From: the human T2T-CHM13v2.0 reference genome, Homo sapiens
Assembly: GCF_009914755.1 (NCBI RefSeq)
Contig: NC_060942.1
DNA: 64,000 nt
Strand: one strand, 5' to 3'
The position numbers and the translations under genes were made by a program. The notes below the pieces were generated by a model. The model saw only the letters and a list, made by a program, of their open reading frames with translations. It did not search any database and had not been told where the DNA came from. Shown here one piece after another: positions 1 to 11,193 of this stretch; the first letter of the stretch is position 1; each line of letters begins with the position of its first letter.

Positions 1-147
1 CCCATAAAAACTAGACAGAAGCATTCTCAGAAACTTACTCGTGATGTGTGTCCTCAACTAAAGGAGTAGAACCTTTCTTTTCATAGAGAAGTTTTGAAAC
101 GCTCTTTTTGTGGAATCTGCAAGTGGATATTTGGCTAGTTTTGAGGA

Positions 148-164
148 TTTCGTTGGAAGCGGGA
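148..164 (+). promoter_or_regulatory. CENP-B box 1 of the HOR (TTTCGTTGGAAGCGGGA); recurs in every unit
   Basis: Matches the core NTTCGNNNNANNCGGGN. Confidence 0.95.
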
Positions 165-485
165 ATTCATACAAATTGCAGACTGCAGCGTTCTGAGAAA
201 CATCTTTGTGATGTTTGTATTCAGGACACAGAGTTGAACATTCCCTATCATAGAGCAGGTTTGAATCACTCCTTTTGTAGTATCTGGAAGTGGACATTTG
301 GAGCGCTTTCAGGCCTATGTTGGAAAAGGAAATATCTTCCCATAACAACTAGACAGAAGCATTCTCAGAAACTTATTTGAGATGTGTGTACTCAACTAAG
401 AGAATTGAACCACCGTTTTGAAGGAGCAGTTTTGAAACTCTCTTTTTCTGGAATCTGCAAGTGGATATTTGGCTAGCTTTGGGGA

Positions 486-502
486 TTTCGCTGGAAGCGG
501 GA
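486..502 (+). promoter_or_regulatory. CENP-B box 2 (TTTCGCTGGAAGCGGGA); absent from 6-mers
   Basis: All nine core positions are intact. Confidence 0.9.
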
Positions 503-651
503 ATACATATAAAAAGCACACAGCAGCGTTCTGAGAAACTGCTTTCTGATGTTTGCATTCAAGTCAAAAGTTGAACACTCCCTTTCATAGAGCAGTCCTG
601 AAACACCCCTTTTGTAGTATCTGGAACTGGACTTTTGGAGCGATTTCAGGG

Positions 652-668
652 CTAAGGTGAAAAAGGAA
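652..668 (+). promoter_or_regulatory. pJ-alpha-like (A-box) motif CTAAGGTGAAAAAGGAA in an A-type monomer; second copy at 2012-2028
   Basis: Occupies the position homologous to the CENP-B box in alternate monomers. One mismatch to the recalled A-box consensus CTAYGGTGRAAAAGGAA. Confidence 0.7.
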
Positions 669-822
669 ATATCTTCCCATAAAAACTGGACAGAAGCATT
701 CTCAGAAACTTGGTTATGCTGTATCTACTCAACTAACAAAGTTGAACCTTTCTTTTGATAGAGCAGTTTTGAAATGGTCTTTTTGTGGAATCTGCAAGTG
801 GATATTTGGCTAGTTTTGAGGA

Positions 823-839
823 TTTCGTTGGAAGCGGGA
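823..839 (+). promoter_or_regulatory. CENP-B box 3 (TTTCGTTGGAAGCGGGA); absent from 6-mers
   Basis: Core intact; overlaps the EcoRI site at 838. Confidence 0.95.
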
Positions 840-1160
840 ATTCATACAAATTGCAGACTGCAGCGTTCTGAGAAACATCTTTGTGATGTTTGTATTCAGG
901 ACACAGAGTTGAACATTCCCTATCATAGAGCAGGTTGGAATCACTCCTTTTGTAGTATCTGGAAGTGGACATTTGGAGCGTTTTCAGGCCTATTTTGGAA
1001 AGGGAAATATCTTCCCGTAACAACTATGCAGAAGCATTCTCAGAAACTTGTTTGTGATGTGTGCCCTCTACTGACAGAGTTGAACCTTTCTTTTCATAGA
1101 GCAGTTTTGAAACACTCTTTTTGTAGAATCTGCAAGAGGATATTTGCATAGCTTTGAGGA

Positions 1161-1177
1161 TTTCGTGGGAAACGGGA
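1161..1177 (+). promoter_or_regulatory. CENP-B box 4 (TTTCGTGGGAAACGGGA); absent from 6-mers
   Basis: Core intact. Confidence 0.9.
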
Positions 1178-1502
1178 TTGTCTTCAGGTAAAATCTAGAC
1201 AGAAGCATTCTCAGAAACTTCTTTGGGATGTTTGCATTCAAGTCACAGAGTAGAACATTCCCTTTGGTAGAGCAGGTTTGAAACACTCTTTTTGTAGTAT
1301 CTGGAAGTGGACATTTGGAGCGCTTTCAGGCCCATGTTGGAAAGGGAAATATCTTCCCGTAACAACTAGGCAGAAGCATTCTCAGAAACTTATTTGAGAT
1401 GTGTGTACTCAACTAAGAGAATTGAACCACCGTTTTGAAGGAGCAGTTTTGAAACACTCTTTTTCTGGAATCTGCAAGAGGATATTTGCCTAGCCTTGAG
1501 GA

Positions 1503-1519
1503 TTTCGTTGGAAACGGGA
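1503..1519 (+). promoter_or_regulatory. CENP-B box 5 (TTTCGTTGGAAACGGGA)
   Basis: Canonical box sequence. Confidence 0.96.
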
Positions 1520-1844
1520 TTGTCTTCAGAGAAAATCTAGACAGAAGCATTCTCAGAAACTTCTTTGGGATGTTTGCATTCAAGTCACAGAGTAGAACAT
1601 TCCCTTTGGTAGAGCAGGTTTGAAACACTCTTTTTGTAGTATCTGGAAGTGGACATTTGGAGCGCTTTCAGGCCTACGTTGGAAAAGGAAATATCTTCCC
1701 ATAACAACTAGACAGAAGCATTCTCAGAAACTAGTTTCTGATGTGTGTCCTCAACTAACACAGTTGAACATTTCTTTAGACAGAACAGTTTTGAAACACT
1801 CTTTTTGTGGAATCTGCAAGTGGCTATTTGGCTAGATTTGAGGA

Positions 1845-1861
1845 TTTCGTTGGAAACGGGA
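1845..1861 (+). promoter_or_regulatory. CENP-B box 6 (TTTCGTTGGAAACGGGA)
   Basis: Canonical box sequence. Box spacing across the HOR is 338,337,338,342,342,338. Confidence 0.96.
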
Positions 1862-4555
1862 TTACATATAAAAAGCAGTCAGCAGCATTCTCAGAAAGTT
1901 CTTTGTGATGATTGCATTCAAGTCACAGAATTGAACATTCCCTTTCACAGAGCAGGTTTGAAACACTCTTTTTGTAGTGTGTGTAAGTGGACATTTGGAG
2001 CACTTACCGGCCTAAGGTGAAAAAGGAAATATCTTCCCATAAAAACTAGACAGAAGCATTCTCAGAAACTTACTCGTGATGTGTGTCCTCAACTAAAGGA
2101 GTAGAACCTTTCTTTTCATAGAGAAGTTTTGAAACGCTCTTTTTGTGGAATCTGCAAGTGGATATTTGGCTAGTTTTGAGGATTTCGTTGGAAGCGGGAA
2201 TTCATACAAATTGCAGACTGCAGCGTTCTGAGAAACATCTTTGTGATGTTTGTATTCAGGACACAGAGTTGAACATTCCCTATCATAGAGCAGGTTTGAA
2301 TCACTCCTTTTGTAGTATCTGGAAGTGGACATTTGGAGCGCTTTCAGGCCTATGTTGGAAAAGGAAATATCTTCCCATAACAACTAGACAGAAGCATTCT
2401 CAGAAACTTATTTGAGATGTGTGTACTCAACTAAGAGAATTGAACCACCGTTTTGAAGGAGCAGTTTTGAAACTCTCTTTTTCTGGAATCTGCAAGTGGA
2501 TATTTGGCTAGCTTTGGGGATTTCGCTGGAAGCGGGAATACATATAAAAAGCACACAGCAGCGTTCTGAGAAACTGCTTTCTGATGTTTGCATTCAAGTC
2601 AAAAGTTGAACACTCCCTTTCATAGAGCAGTCCTGAAACACCCCTTTTGTAGTATCTGGAACTGGACTTTTGGAGCGATTTCAGGGCTAAGGTGAAAAAG
2701 GAAATATCTTCCCATAAAAACTGGACAGAAGCATTCTCAGAAACTTGGTTATGCTGTATCTACTCAACTAACAAAGTTGAACCTTTCTTTTGATAGAGCA
2801 GTTTTGAAATGGTCTTTTTGTGGAATCTGCAAGTGGATATTTGGCTAGTTTTGAGGATTTCGTTGGAAGCGGGAATTCATACAAATTGCAGACTGCAGCG
2901 TTCTGAGAAACATCTTTGTGATGTTTGTATTCAGGACACAGAGTTGAACATTCCCTATCATAGAGCAGGTTGGAATCACTCCTTTTGTAGTATCTGGAAG
3001 TGGACATTTGGAGCGCTTTCAGGCCTATTTTGGAAAGGGAAATATCTTCCCGTAACAACTATGCAGAAGCATTCTCAGAAACTTGTTTGTGATGTGTGCC
3101 CTCTACTGACAGAGTTGAACCTTTCTTTTCATAGAGCAGTTTTGAAACACTCTTTTTGTAGAATCTGCAAGAGGATATTTGCATAGCTTTGAGGATTTCG
3201 TGGGAAACGGGATTGTCTTCAGGTAAAATCTAGACAGAAGCATTCTCAGAAACTTCTTTGGGATGTTTGCATTCAAGTCACAGAGTAGAACATTCCCTTT
3301 GGTAGAGCAGGTTTGAAACACTCTTTTTGTAGTATCTGGAAGTGGACATTTGGAGCGCTTTCAGGCCCATGTTGGAAAGGGAAATATCTTCCCGTAACAA
3401 CTAGGCAGAAGCATTCTCAGAAACTTATTTGAGATGTGTGTACTCAACTAAGAGAATTGAACCACCGTTTTGAAGGAGCAGTTTTGAAACACTCTTTTTC
3501 TGGAATCTGCAAGAGGATATTTGCCTAGCCTTGAGGATTTCGTTGGAAACGGGATTGTCTTCAGAGAAAATCTAGACAGAAGCATTCTCAGAAACTTCTT
3601 TGGGATGTTTGCATTCAAGTCACAGAGTAGAACATTCCCTTTGGTAGAGCAGGTTTGAAACACTCTTTTTGTAGTATCTGGAAGTGGACATTTGGAGCGC
3701 TTTCAGGCCTACGTTGGAAAAGGAAATATCTTCCCATAACAACTAGACAGAAGCATTCTCAGAAACTAGTTTCTGATGTGTGTCCTCAACTAACACAGTT
3801 GAACATTTCTTTAGACAGAACAGTTTTGAAACACTCTTTTTGTGGAATCTGCAAGTGGCTATTTGGCTAGATTTGAGGATTTCGTTGGAAACGGGATTAC
3901 ATATAAAAAGCAGTCAGCAGCATTCTCAGAAAGTTCTTTGTGATGATTGCATTCAAGTCACAGAATTGAACATTCCCTTTCACAGAGCAGGTTTGAAACA
4001 CTCTTTTTGTAGTGTGTGTAAGTGGACATTTGGAGCACTTACCGGCCTAAGGTGAAAAAGGAAATATCTTCCCATAAAAACTAGACAGAAGCATTCTCAG
4101 AAACTTACTCGTGATGTGTGTCCTCAACTAAAGGAGTAGAACCTTTCTTTTCATAGAGAAGTTTTGAAACGCTCTTTTTGTGGAATCTGCAAGTGGATAT
4201 TTGGCTAGTTTTGAGGATTTCGTTGGAAGCGGGAATTCATACAAATTGCAGACTGCAGCGTTCTGAGAAACATCTTTGTGATGTTTGTATTCAGGACACA
4301 GAGTTGAACATTCCCTATCATAGAGCAGGTTTGAATCACTCCTTTTGTAGTATCTGGAAGTGGACATTTGGAGCGCTTTCAGGCCTATGTTGGAAAAGGA
4401 AATATCTTCCCATAACAACTAGACAGAAGCATTCTCAGAAACTTATTTGAGATGTGTGTACTCAACTAAGAGAATTGAACCACCGTTTTGAAGGAGCAGT
4501 TTTGAAACTCTCTTTTTCTGGAATCTGCAAGTGGATATTTGGCTAGCTTTGGGGA

Positions 4556-4572
4556 TTTCACTGGAAGCGGGA
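4556..4572 (+). other. Mutated CENP-B box (TTTCACTGGAAGCGGGA; G>A at 4560 in the core TTCG)
   Basis: Reads 'ggggatttca ctggaagcgg' where other units read 'ggggatttcg ctggaagcgg'. Confidence 0.9.
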
Positions 4573-7500
4573 ATACATATAAAAAGCACACAGCAGCGTT
4601 CTGAGAAACTGCTTTCTGATGTTTGCATTCAAGTCAAAAGTTGAACACTCCCTTTCATAGAGCAGTCCTGAAACACCCCTTTTGTAGTATCTGGAACTGG
4701 ACTTTTGGAGCGATTTCAGGGCTAAGGTGAAAAAGGAAATATCTTCCCATAAAAACTGGACAGAAGCATTCTCAGAAACTTGGTTATGCTGTATCTACTC
4801 AACTAACAAAGTTGAACCTTTCTTTTGATAGAGCAGTTTTGAAATGGTCTTTTTGTGGAATCTGCAAGTGGATATTTGGCTAGTTTTGAGGATTTCGTTG
4901 GAAGCGGGAATTCATACAAATTGCAGACTGCAGCGTTCTGAGAAACATCTTTGTGATGTTTGTATTCAGGACACAGAGTTGAACATTCCCTATCATAGAG
5001 CAGGTTGGAATCACTCCTTTTGTAGTATCTGGAAGTGGACATTTGGAGCGCTTTCAGGCCTATTTTGGAAAGGGAAATATCTTCCCGTAACAACTATGCA
5101 GAAGCATTCTCAGAAACTTGTTTGTGATGTGTGCCCTCTACTGACAGAGTTGAACCTTTCTTTTCATAGAGCAGTTTTGAAACACTCTTTTTGTAGAATC
5201 TGCAAGAGGATATTTGCATAGCTTTGAGGATTTCGTGGGAAACGGGATTGTCTTCAGGTAAAATCTAGACAGAAGCATTCTCAGAAACTTCTTTGGGATG
5301 TTTGCATTCAAGTCACAGAGTAGAACATTCCCTTTGGTAGAGCAGGTTTGAAACACTCTTTTTGTAGTATCTGGAAGTGGACATTTGGAGCGCTTTCAGG
5401 CCCATGTTGGAAAGGGAAATATCTTCCCGTAACAACTAGGCAGAAGCATTCTCAGAAACTTATTTGAGATGTGTGTACTCAACTAAGAGAATTGAACCAC
5501 CGTTTTGAAGGAGCAGTTTTGAAACACTCTTTTTCTGGAATCTGCAAGAGTATATTTGCCTAGCCTTGAGGATTTCGTTGGAAACGGGATTGTCTTCAGA
5601 GAAAATCTAGACAGAAGCATTCTCAGAAACTTCTTTGGGATGTTTGCATTCAAGTCACAGAGTAGAACATTCCCTTTGGTAGAGCAGGTTTGAAACACTC
5701 TTTTTGTAGTATCTGGAAGTGGACATTTGGAGCGCTTTCAGGCCTACGTTGGAAAAGGAAATATCTTCCCATAACAACTAGACAGAAGCATTCTCAGAAA
5801 CTAGTTTCTGATGTGTGTCCTCAACTAACACAGTTGAACATTTCTTTAGACAGAACAGTTTTGAAACACTCTTTTTGTGGAATCTGCAAGTGGCTATTTG
5901 GCTAGATTTGAGGATTTCGTTGGAAACGGGATTACATATAAAAAGCAGTCAGCAGCATTCTCAGAAAGTTCTTTGTGATGATTGCATTCAAGTCACAGAA
6001 TTGAACATTCCCTTTCACAGAGCAGGTTTGAAACACTCTTTTTGTAGTGTGTGTAAGTGGACATTTGGAGCACTTACCGGCCTAAGGTGAAAAAGGAAAT
6101 ATCTTCCCATAAAAACTAGACAGAAGCATTCTCAGAAACTTACTCGTGATGTGTGTCCTCAACTAAAGGAGTAGAACCTTTCTTTTCATAGAGAAGTTTT
6201 GAAACGCTCTTTTTGTGGAATCTGCAAGTGGATATTTGGCTAGTTTTGAGGATTTCGTTGGAAGCGGGAATTCATACAAATTGCAGACTGCAGCGTTCTG
6301 AGAAACATCTTTGTGATGTTTGTATTCAGGACACAGAGTTGAACATTCCCTATCATAGAGCAGGTTTGAATCACTCCTTTTGTAGTATCTGGAAGTGGAC
6401 ATTTGGAGCGCTTTCAGGCCTATGTTGGAAAAGGAAATATCTTCCCATAACAACTAGACAGAAGCATTCTCAGAAACTTATTTGAGATGTGTGTACTCAA
6501 CTAAGAGAATTGAACCACCGTTTTGAAGGAGCAGTTTTGAAACTCTCTTTTTCTGGAATCTGCAAGTGGATATTTGGCTAGCTTTGGGGATTTCGCTGGA
6601 AGCGGGAATACATATAAAAAGCACACAGCAGCGTTCTGAGAAACTGCTTTCTGATGTTTGCATTCAAGTCAAAAGTTGAACACTCCCTTTCATAGAGCAG
6701 TCTTGAAACACCCCTTTTGTAGTATCTGGAACTGGACTTTTGGAGCGATTTCAGGGCTAAGGTGAAAAAGGAAATATCTTCCCATAAAAACTGGACAGAA
6801 GCATTCTCAGAAACTTGTTTATGCTGTATCTACTCAACTAACAAAGTTGAACCTTTCTTTTGATAGAGCAGTTTTGAAATGGTCTTTTTGTGGAATCTGC
6901 AAGTGGATATTTGGCTAGTTTTGAGGATTTCGTTGGAAGCGGGAATTCATACAAATTGCAGACTGCAGCGTTCTGAGAAACATCTTTGTGATGTTTGTAT
7001 TCAGGACACAGAGTTGAACATTCCCTATCATAGAGCAGGTTGGAATCACTCCTTTTGTAGTATCTGGAAGTGGACATTTGGAGCGCTTTCAGGCCTATTT
7101 TGGAAAGGGAAATATCTTCCCGTAACAACTATGCAGAAGCATTCTCAGAAACTTGTTTGTGATGTGTGCCCTCTACTGACAGAGTTGAACCTTTCTTTTC
7201 ATAGAGCAGTTTTGAAACACTCTTTTTGTAGAATCTGCAAGAGGATATTTGCATAGCTTTGAGGATTTCGTGGGAAACGGGATTGTCTTCAGGTAAAATC
7301 TAGACAGAAGCATTCTCAGAAACTTCTTTGGGATGTTTGCATTCAAGTCACAGAGTAGAACATTCCCTTTGGTAGAGCAGGTTTGAAACACTCTTTTTGT
7401 AGTATCTGGAAGTGGACATTTGGAGCGCTTTCAGGCCCATGTTGGAAAGGGAAATATCTTCCCGTAACAACTAGGCAGAAGCATTCTCAGAAACTTATTT

Positions 7501-10175
7501 GAGATGTGTGTACTCAACTAAGAGAATTGAACCACCGTTTTGAAGGAGCAGTTTTGAAACACTCTTTTTCTGGAATCTGCAAGAGTATATTTGCCTAGCC
7601 TTGAGGATTTCGTTGGAAACGGGATTGTCTTCAGAGAAAATCTAGACAGAAGCATTCTCAGAAACTTCTTTGGGATGTTTGCATTCAAGTCACAGAGTAG
7701 AACATTCCCTTTGGTAGAGCAGGTTTGAAACACTCTTTTTTTAGTATCTGGAAGTGGACATTTGGAGCGCTTTCAGGCCTACGTTGGAAAAGGAAATATC
7801 TTCCCATAACAACTAGACAGAAGCATTCTCAGAAACTAGTTTCTGATGTGTGTCCTCAACTAACACAGTTGAACATTTCTTTAGACAGAACAGTTTTGAA
7901 ACACTCTTTTTGTGGAATCTGCAAGTGGCTATTTGGCTAGATTTGAGGATTTCGTTGGAAACGGGATTACATATAAAAAGCAGTCAGCAGCATTCTCAGA
8001 AAGTTCTTTGTGATGATTGCATTCAAGTCACAGAATTGAACATTCCCTTTCACAGAGCAGGTTTGAAACACTCTTTTTGTAGTGTGTGTAAGTGGACATT
8101 TGGAGCACTTACCGGCCTAAGGTGAAAAAGGAAATATCTTCCCATAAAAACTAGACAGAAGCATTCTCAGAAACTTACTCGTGATGTGTGTCCTCAACTA
8201 AAGGAGTAGAACCTTTCTTTTCATAGAGAAGTTTTGAAACGCTCTTTTTGTGGAATCTGCAAGTGGATATTTGGCTAGTTTTGAGGATTTCGTTGGAAGC
8301 GGGAATTCATACAAATTGCAGACTGCAGCGTTCTGAGAAACATCTTTGTGATGTTTGTATTCAGGACACAGAGTTGAACATTCCCTATCATAGAGCAGGT
8401 TGGAATCACTCCTTTTGTAGTATCTGGAAGTGGACATTTGGAGCGCTTTCAGGCCTATGTTGGAAAAGGAAATATCTTCCCATAACAACTAGACAGAAGC
8501 ATTCTCAGAAACTTATTTGAGATGTGTGTACTCAACTAAGAGAATTGAACCACCGTTTTGAAGGAGCAGTTTTGAAACACTCTTTTTCTGGAATCTGCAA
8601 GTGGATATTTGGCTAGCTTTGGGGATTTCGCTGGAAGCGGGAATACATATAAAAAGCACACAGCAGCGTTCTGAGAAACTGCTTTCTGATGTTTGCATTC
8701 AAGTCAAAAGTTGAACACTCCCTTTCATAGAGCAGTCTTGAAACACCCCTTTTGTAGTATCTGGAACTGGACTTTTGGAGCGATTTCAGGGCTAAGGTGA
8801 AAAAGGAAATATCTTCCCATAAAAACTGGACAGAAGCATTCTCAGAAACTTGGTTATGCTGTATCTACTCAACTAACAAAGTTGAACCTTTCTTTTGATA
8901 GAGCAGTTTTGAAATGGTCTTTTTGTGGAATCTGCAAGTGGATATTTGGCTAGTTTTGAGGATTTCGTTGGAAGCGGGAATTCATACAAATTGCAGACTG
9001 CAGCGTTCTGAGAAACATCTTTGTGATGTTTGTATTCAGGACACAGAGTTGAACATTCCCTATCATAGAGCAGGTTGGAATCACTCCTTTTGTAGTATCT
9101 GGAAGTGGACATTTGGAGCGCTTTCAGGCCTATTTTGGAAAGGGAAATATCTTCCCGTAACAACTATGCAGAAGCATTCTCAGAAACTTGTTTGTGATGT
9201 GTGCCCTCTACTGACAGAGTTGAACCTTTCTTTTCATAGAGCAGTTTTGAAACACTCTTTTTGTAGAATCTGCAAGAGGATATTTGCATAGCTTTGAGGA
9301 TTTCGTGGGAAACGGGATTGTCTTCAGGTAAAATCTAGACAGAAGCATTCTCAGAAACTTCTTTGGGATGTTTGCATTCAAGTCACAGAGTAGAACATTC
9401 CCTTTGGTAGAGCAGGTTTGAAACACTCTTTTTGTAGTATCTGGAAGTGGACATTTGGAGCGCTTTCAGGCCCATGTTGGAAAGGGAAATATCTTCCCGT
9501 AACAACTAGGCAGAAGCATTCTCAGAAACTTATTTGAGATGTGTGTACTCAACTAAGAGAATTGAACCACCGTTTTGAAGGAGCAGTTTTGAAACACTCT
9601 TTTTCTGGAATCTGCAAGAGTATATTTGCCTAGCCTTGAGGATTTCGTTGGAAACGGGATTGTCTTCAGAGAAAATCTAGACAGAAGCATTCTCAGAAAC
9701 TTCTTTGGGATGTTTGCATTCAAGTCACAGAGTAGAACATTCCCTTTGGTAGAGCAGGTTTGAAACACTCTTTTTGTAGTATCTGGAAGTGGACATTTGG
9801 AGCGCTTTCAGGCCTACGTTGGAAAAGGAAATATCTTCCCATAACAACTAGACAGAAGCATTCTCAGAAACTAGTTTCTGATGTGTGTCCTCAACTAACA
9901 CAGTTGAACATTTCTTTAGACAGAACAGTTTTGAAACACTCTTTTTGTGGAATCTGCAAGTGGCTATTTGGCTAGATTTGAGGATTTCGTTGGAAACGGG
10001 ATTACATATAAAAAGCAGTCAGCAGCATTCTCAGAAAGTTCTTTGTGATGATTGCATTCAAGTCACAGAATTGAACATTCCCTTTCACAGAGCAGGTTTG
10101 AAACACTCTTTTTGTAGTGTGTGTAAGTGGACATTTGGAGCACTTACCGGCCTAAGGTGAAAAAGGAAATATCTT

Positions 10176-11193
10176 CCCATAAAAACTAGACAGAAGCATT
10201 CTCAGAAACTTACTCGTGATGTGTGTCCTCAACTAAAGGAGTAGAACCTTTCTTTTCATAGAGAAGTTTTGAAACGCTCTTTTTGTGGAATCTGCAAGTG
10301 GATATTTGGCTAGTTTTGAGGATTTCGTTGGAAGCGGGAATTCATACAAATTGCAGACTGCAGCGTTCTGAGAAACATCTTTGTGATGTTTGTATTCAGG
10401 ACACAGAGTTGAACATTCCCTATCATAGAGCAGGTTGGAATCACTCCTTTTGTAGTATCTGGAAGTGGACATTTGGAGCGCTTTCAGGCCTATGTTGGAA
10501 AAGGAAATATCTTCCCATAACAACTAGACAGAAGCATTCTCAGAAACTTATTTGAGATGTGTGTACTCAACTAAGAGAATTGAACCACCGTTTTGAAGGA
10601 GCAGTTTTGAAACACTCTTTTTCTGGAATCTGCAAGAGTATATTTGCCTAGCCTTGAGGATTTCGTTGGAAACGGGATTGTCTTCAGAGAAAATCTAGAC
10701 AGAAGCATTCTCAGAAACTTCTTTGGGATGTTTGCATTCAAGTCACAGAGTAGAACATTCCCTTTGGTAGAGCAGGTTTGAAACACTCTTTTTGTAGTAT
10801 CTGGAAGTGGACATTTGGAGCGCTTTCAGGCCTACGTTGGAAAAGGAAATATCTTCCCATAACAACTAGACAGAAGCATTCTCAGAAACTAGTTTCTGAT
10901 GTGTGTCCTCAACTAACACAGTTGAACATTTCTTTAGACAGAACAGTTTTGAAACACTCTTTTTGTGGAATCTGCAAGTGGCTATTTGGCTAGATTTGAG
11001 GATTTCGTTGGAAACGGGATTACATATAAAAAGCAGTCAGCAGCATTCTCAGAAAGTTCTTTGTGATGATTGCATTCAAGTCACAGAATTGAACATTCCC
11101 TTTCACAGAGCAGGTTTGAAACACTCTTTTTGTAGTGTGTGTAAGTGGACATTTGGAGCACTTACCGGCCTAAGGTGAAAAAGGAAATATCTT
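10176..11193 (+). repeat. 6-mer HOR variant #1 (1018 bp; 1017-bp internal deletion)
   Basis: Unit spacing drops to 1018 (ORFs 10233 then 11251). Sequence jumps from monomer 3 to monomer 9 within 10529-10636. Confidence 0.96.

Larger units (their letters stand above)
1..2035 (+). repeat. Canonical 12-mer HOR unit, 2035 bp (first copy, arbitrary phase); probably human chromosome 18 D18Z1, SF2 dimeric family
   Basis: Seen: monomer lengths 167,171,167,170,167,171,171,171,171,171,167,171 sum to 2035. EcoRI sites at 163, 838 and 2198 give 675 and 1360 bp fragments. Established knowledge (recalled, not aligned): D18Z1 is an SF2 12-mer of about 2 kb with EcoRI fragments of about 0.68 and 1.36 kb. 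The unit structure is certain; the confidence value refers to the chromosome call. Confidence 0.85.
1..10175 (+). repeat. Five tandem 12-mer HORs (starts 1, 2036, 4071, 6106, 8141)
   Basis: Exact 2035-bp periodicity of the sequence and the ORF track (58, 2093, 4128, 6163, 8198). Confidence 0.97.

Noticed and set aside
17-33. AGAAGCATTCTCAGAAA as a heat-shock element
   Set aside because: The GAA/TTC units are separated by 3 bp, not the 2 bp required for nGAAnnTTCn.
1002-1016. Short inverted repeats (GGGAA-ATATC-TTCCC; also TGCAG-A-CTGCA at 177-187) as terminators or cruciforms
   Set aside because: Stems are only 5 bp with no terminator context. Short dyads are a generic, already described property of alpha satellite.
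774-1151. Cys/His-rich 'CDVC…H' pattern resembling a zinc finger
   Set aside because: It arises from TGTGATGTGTG in the monomer; spacing does not fit C2H2 or other zinc-finger consensus.
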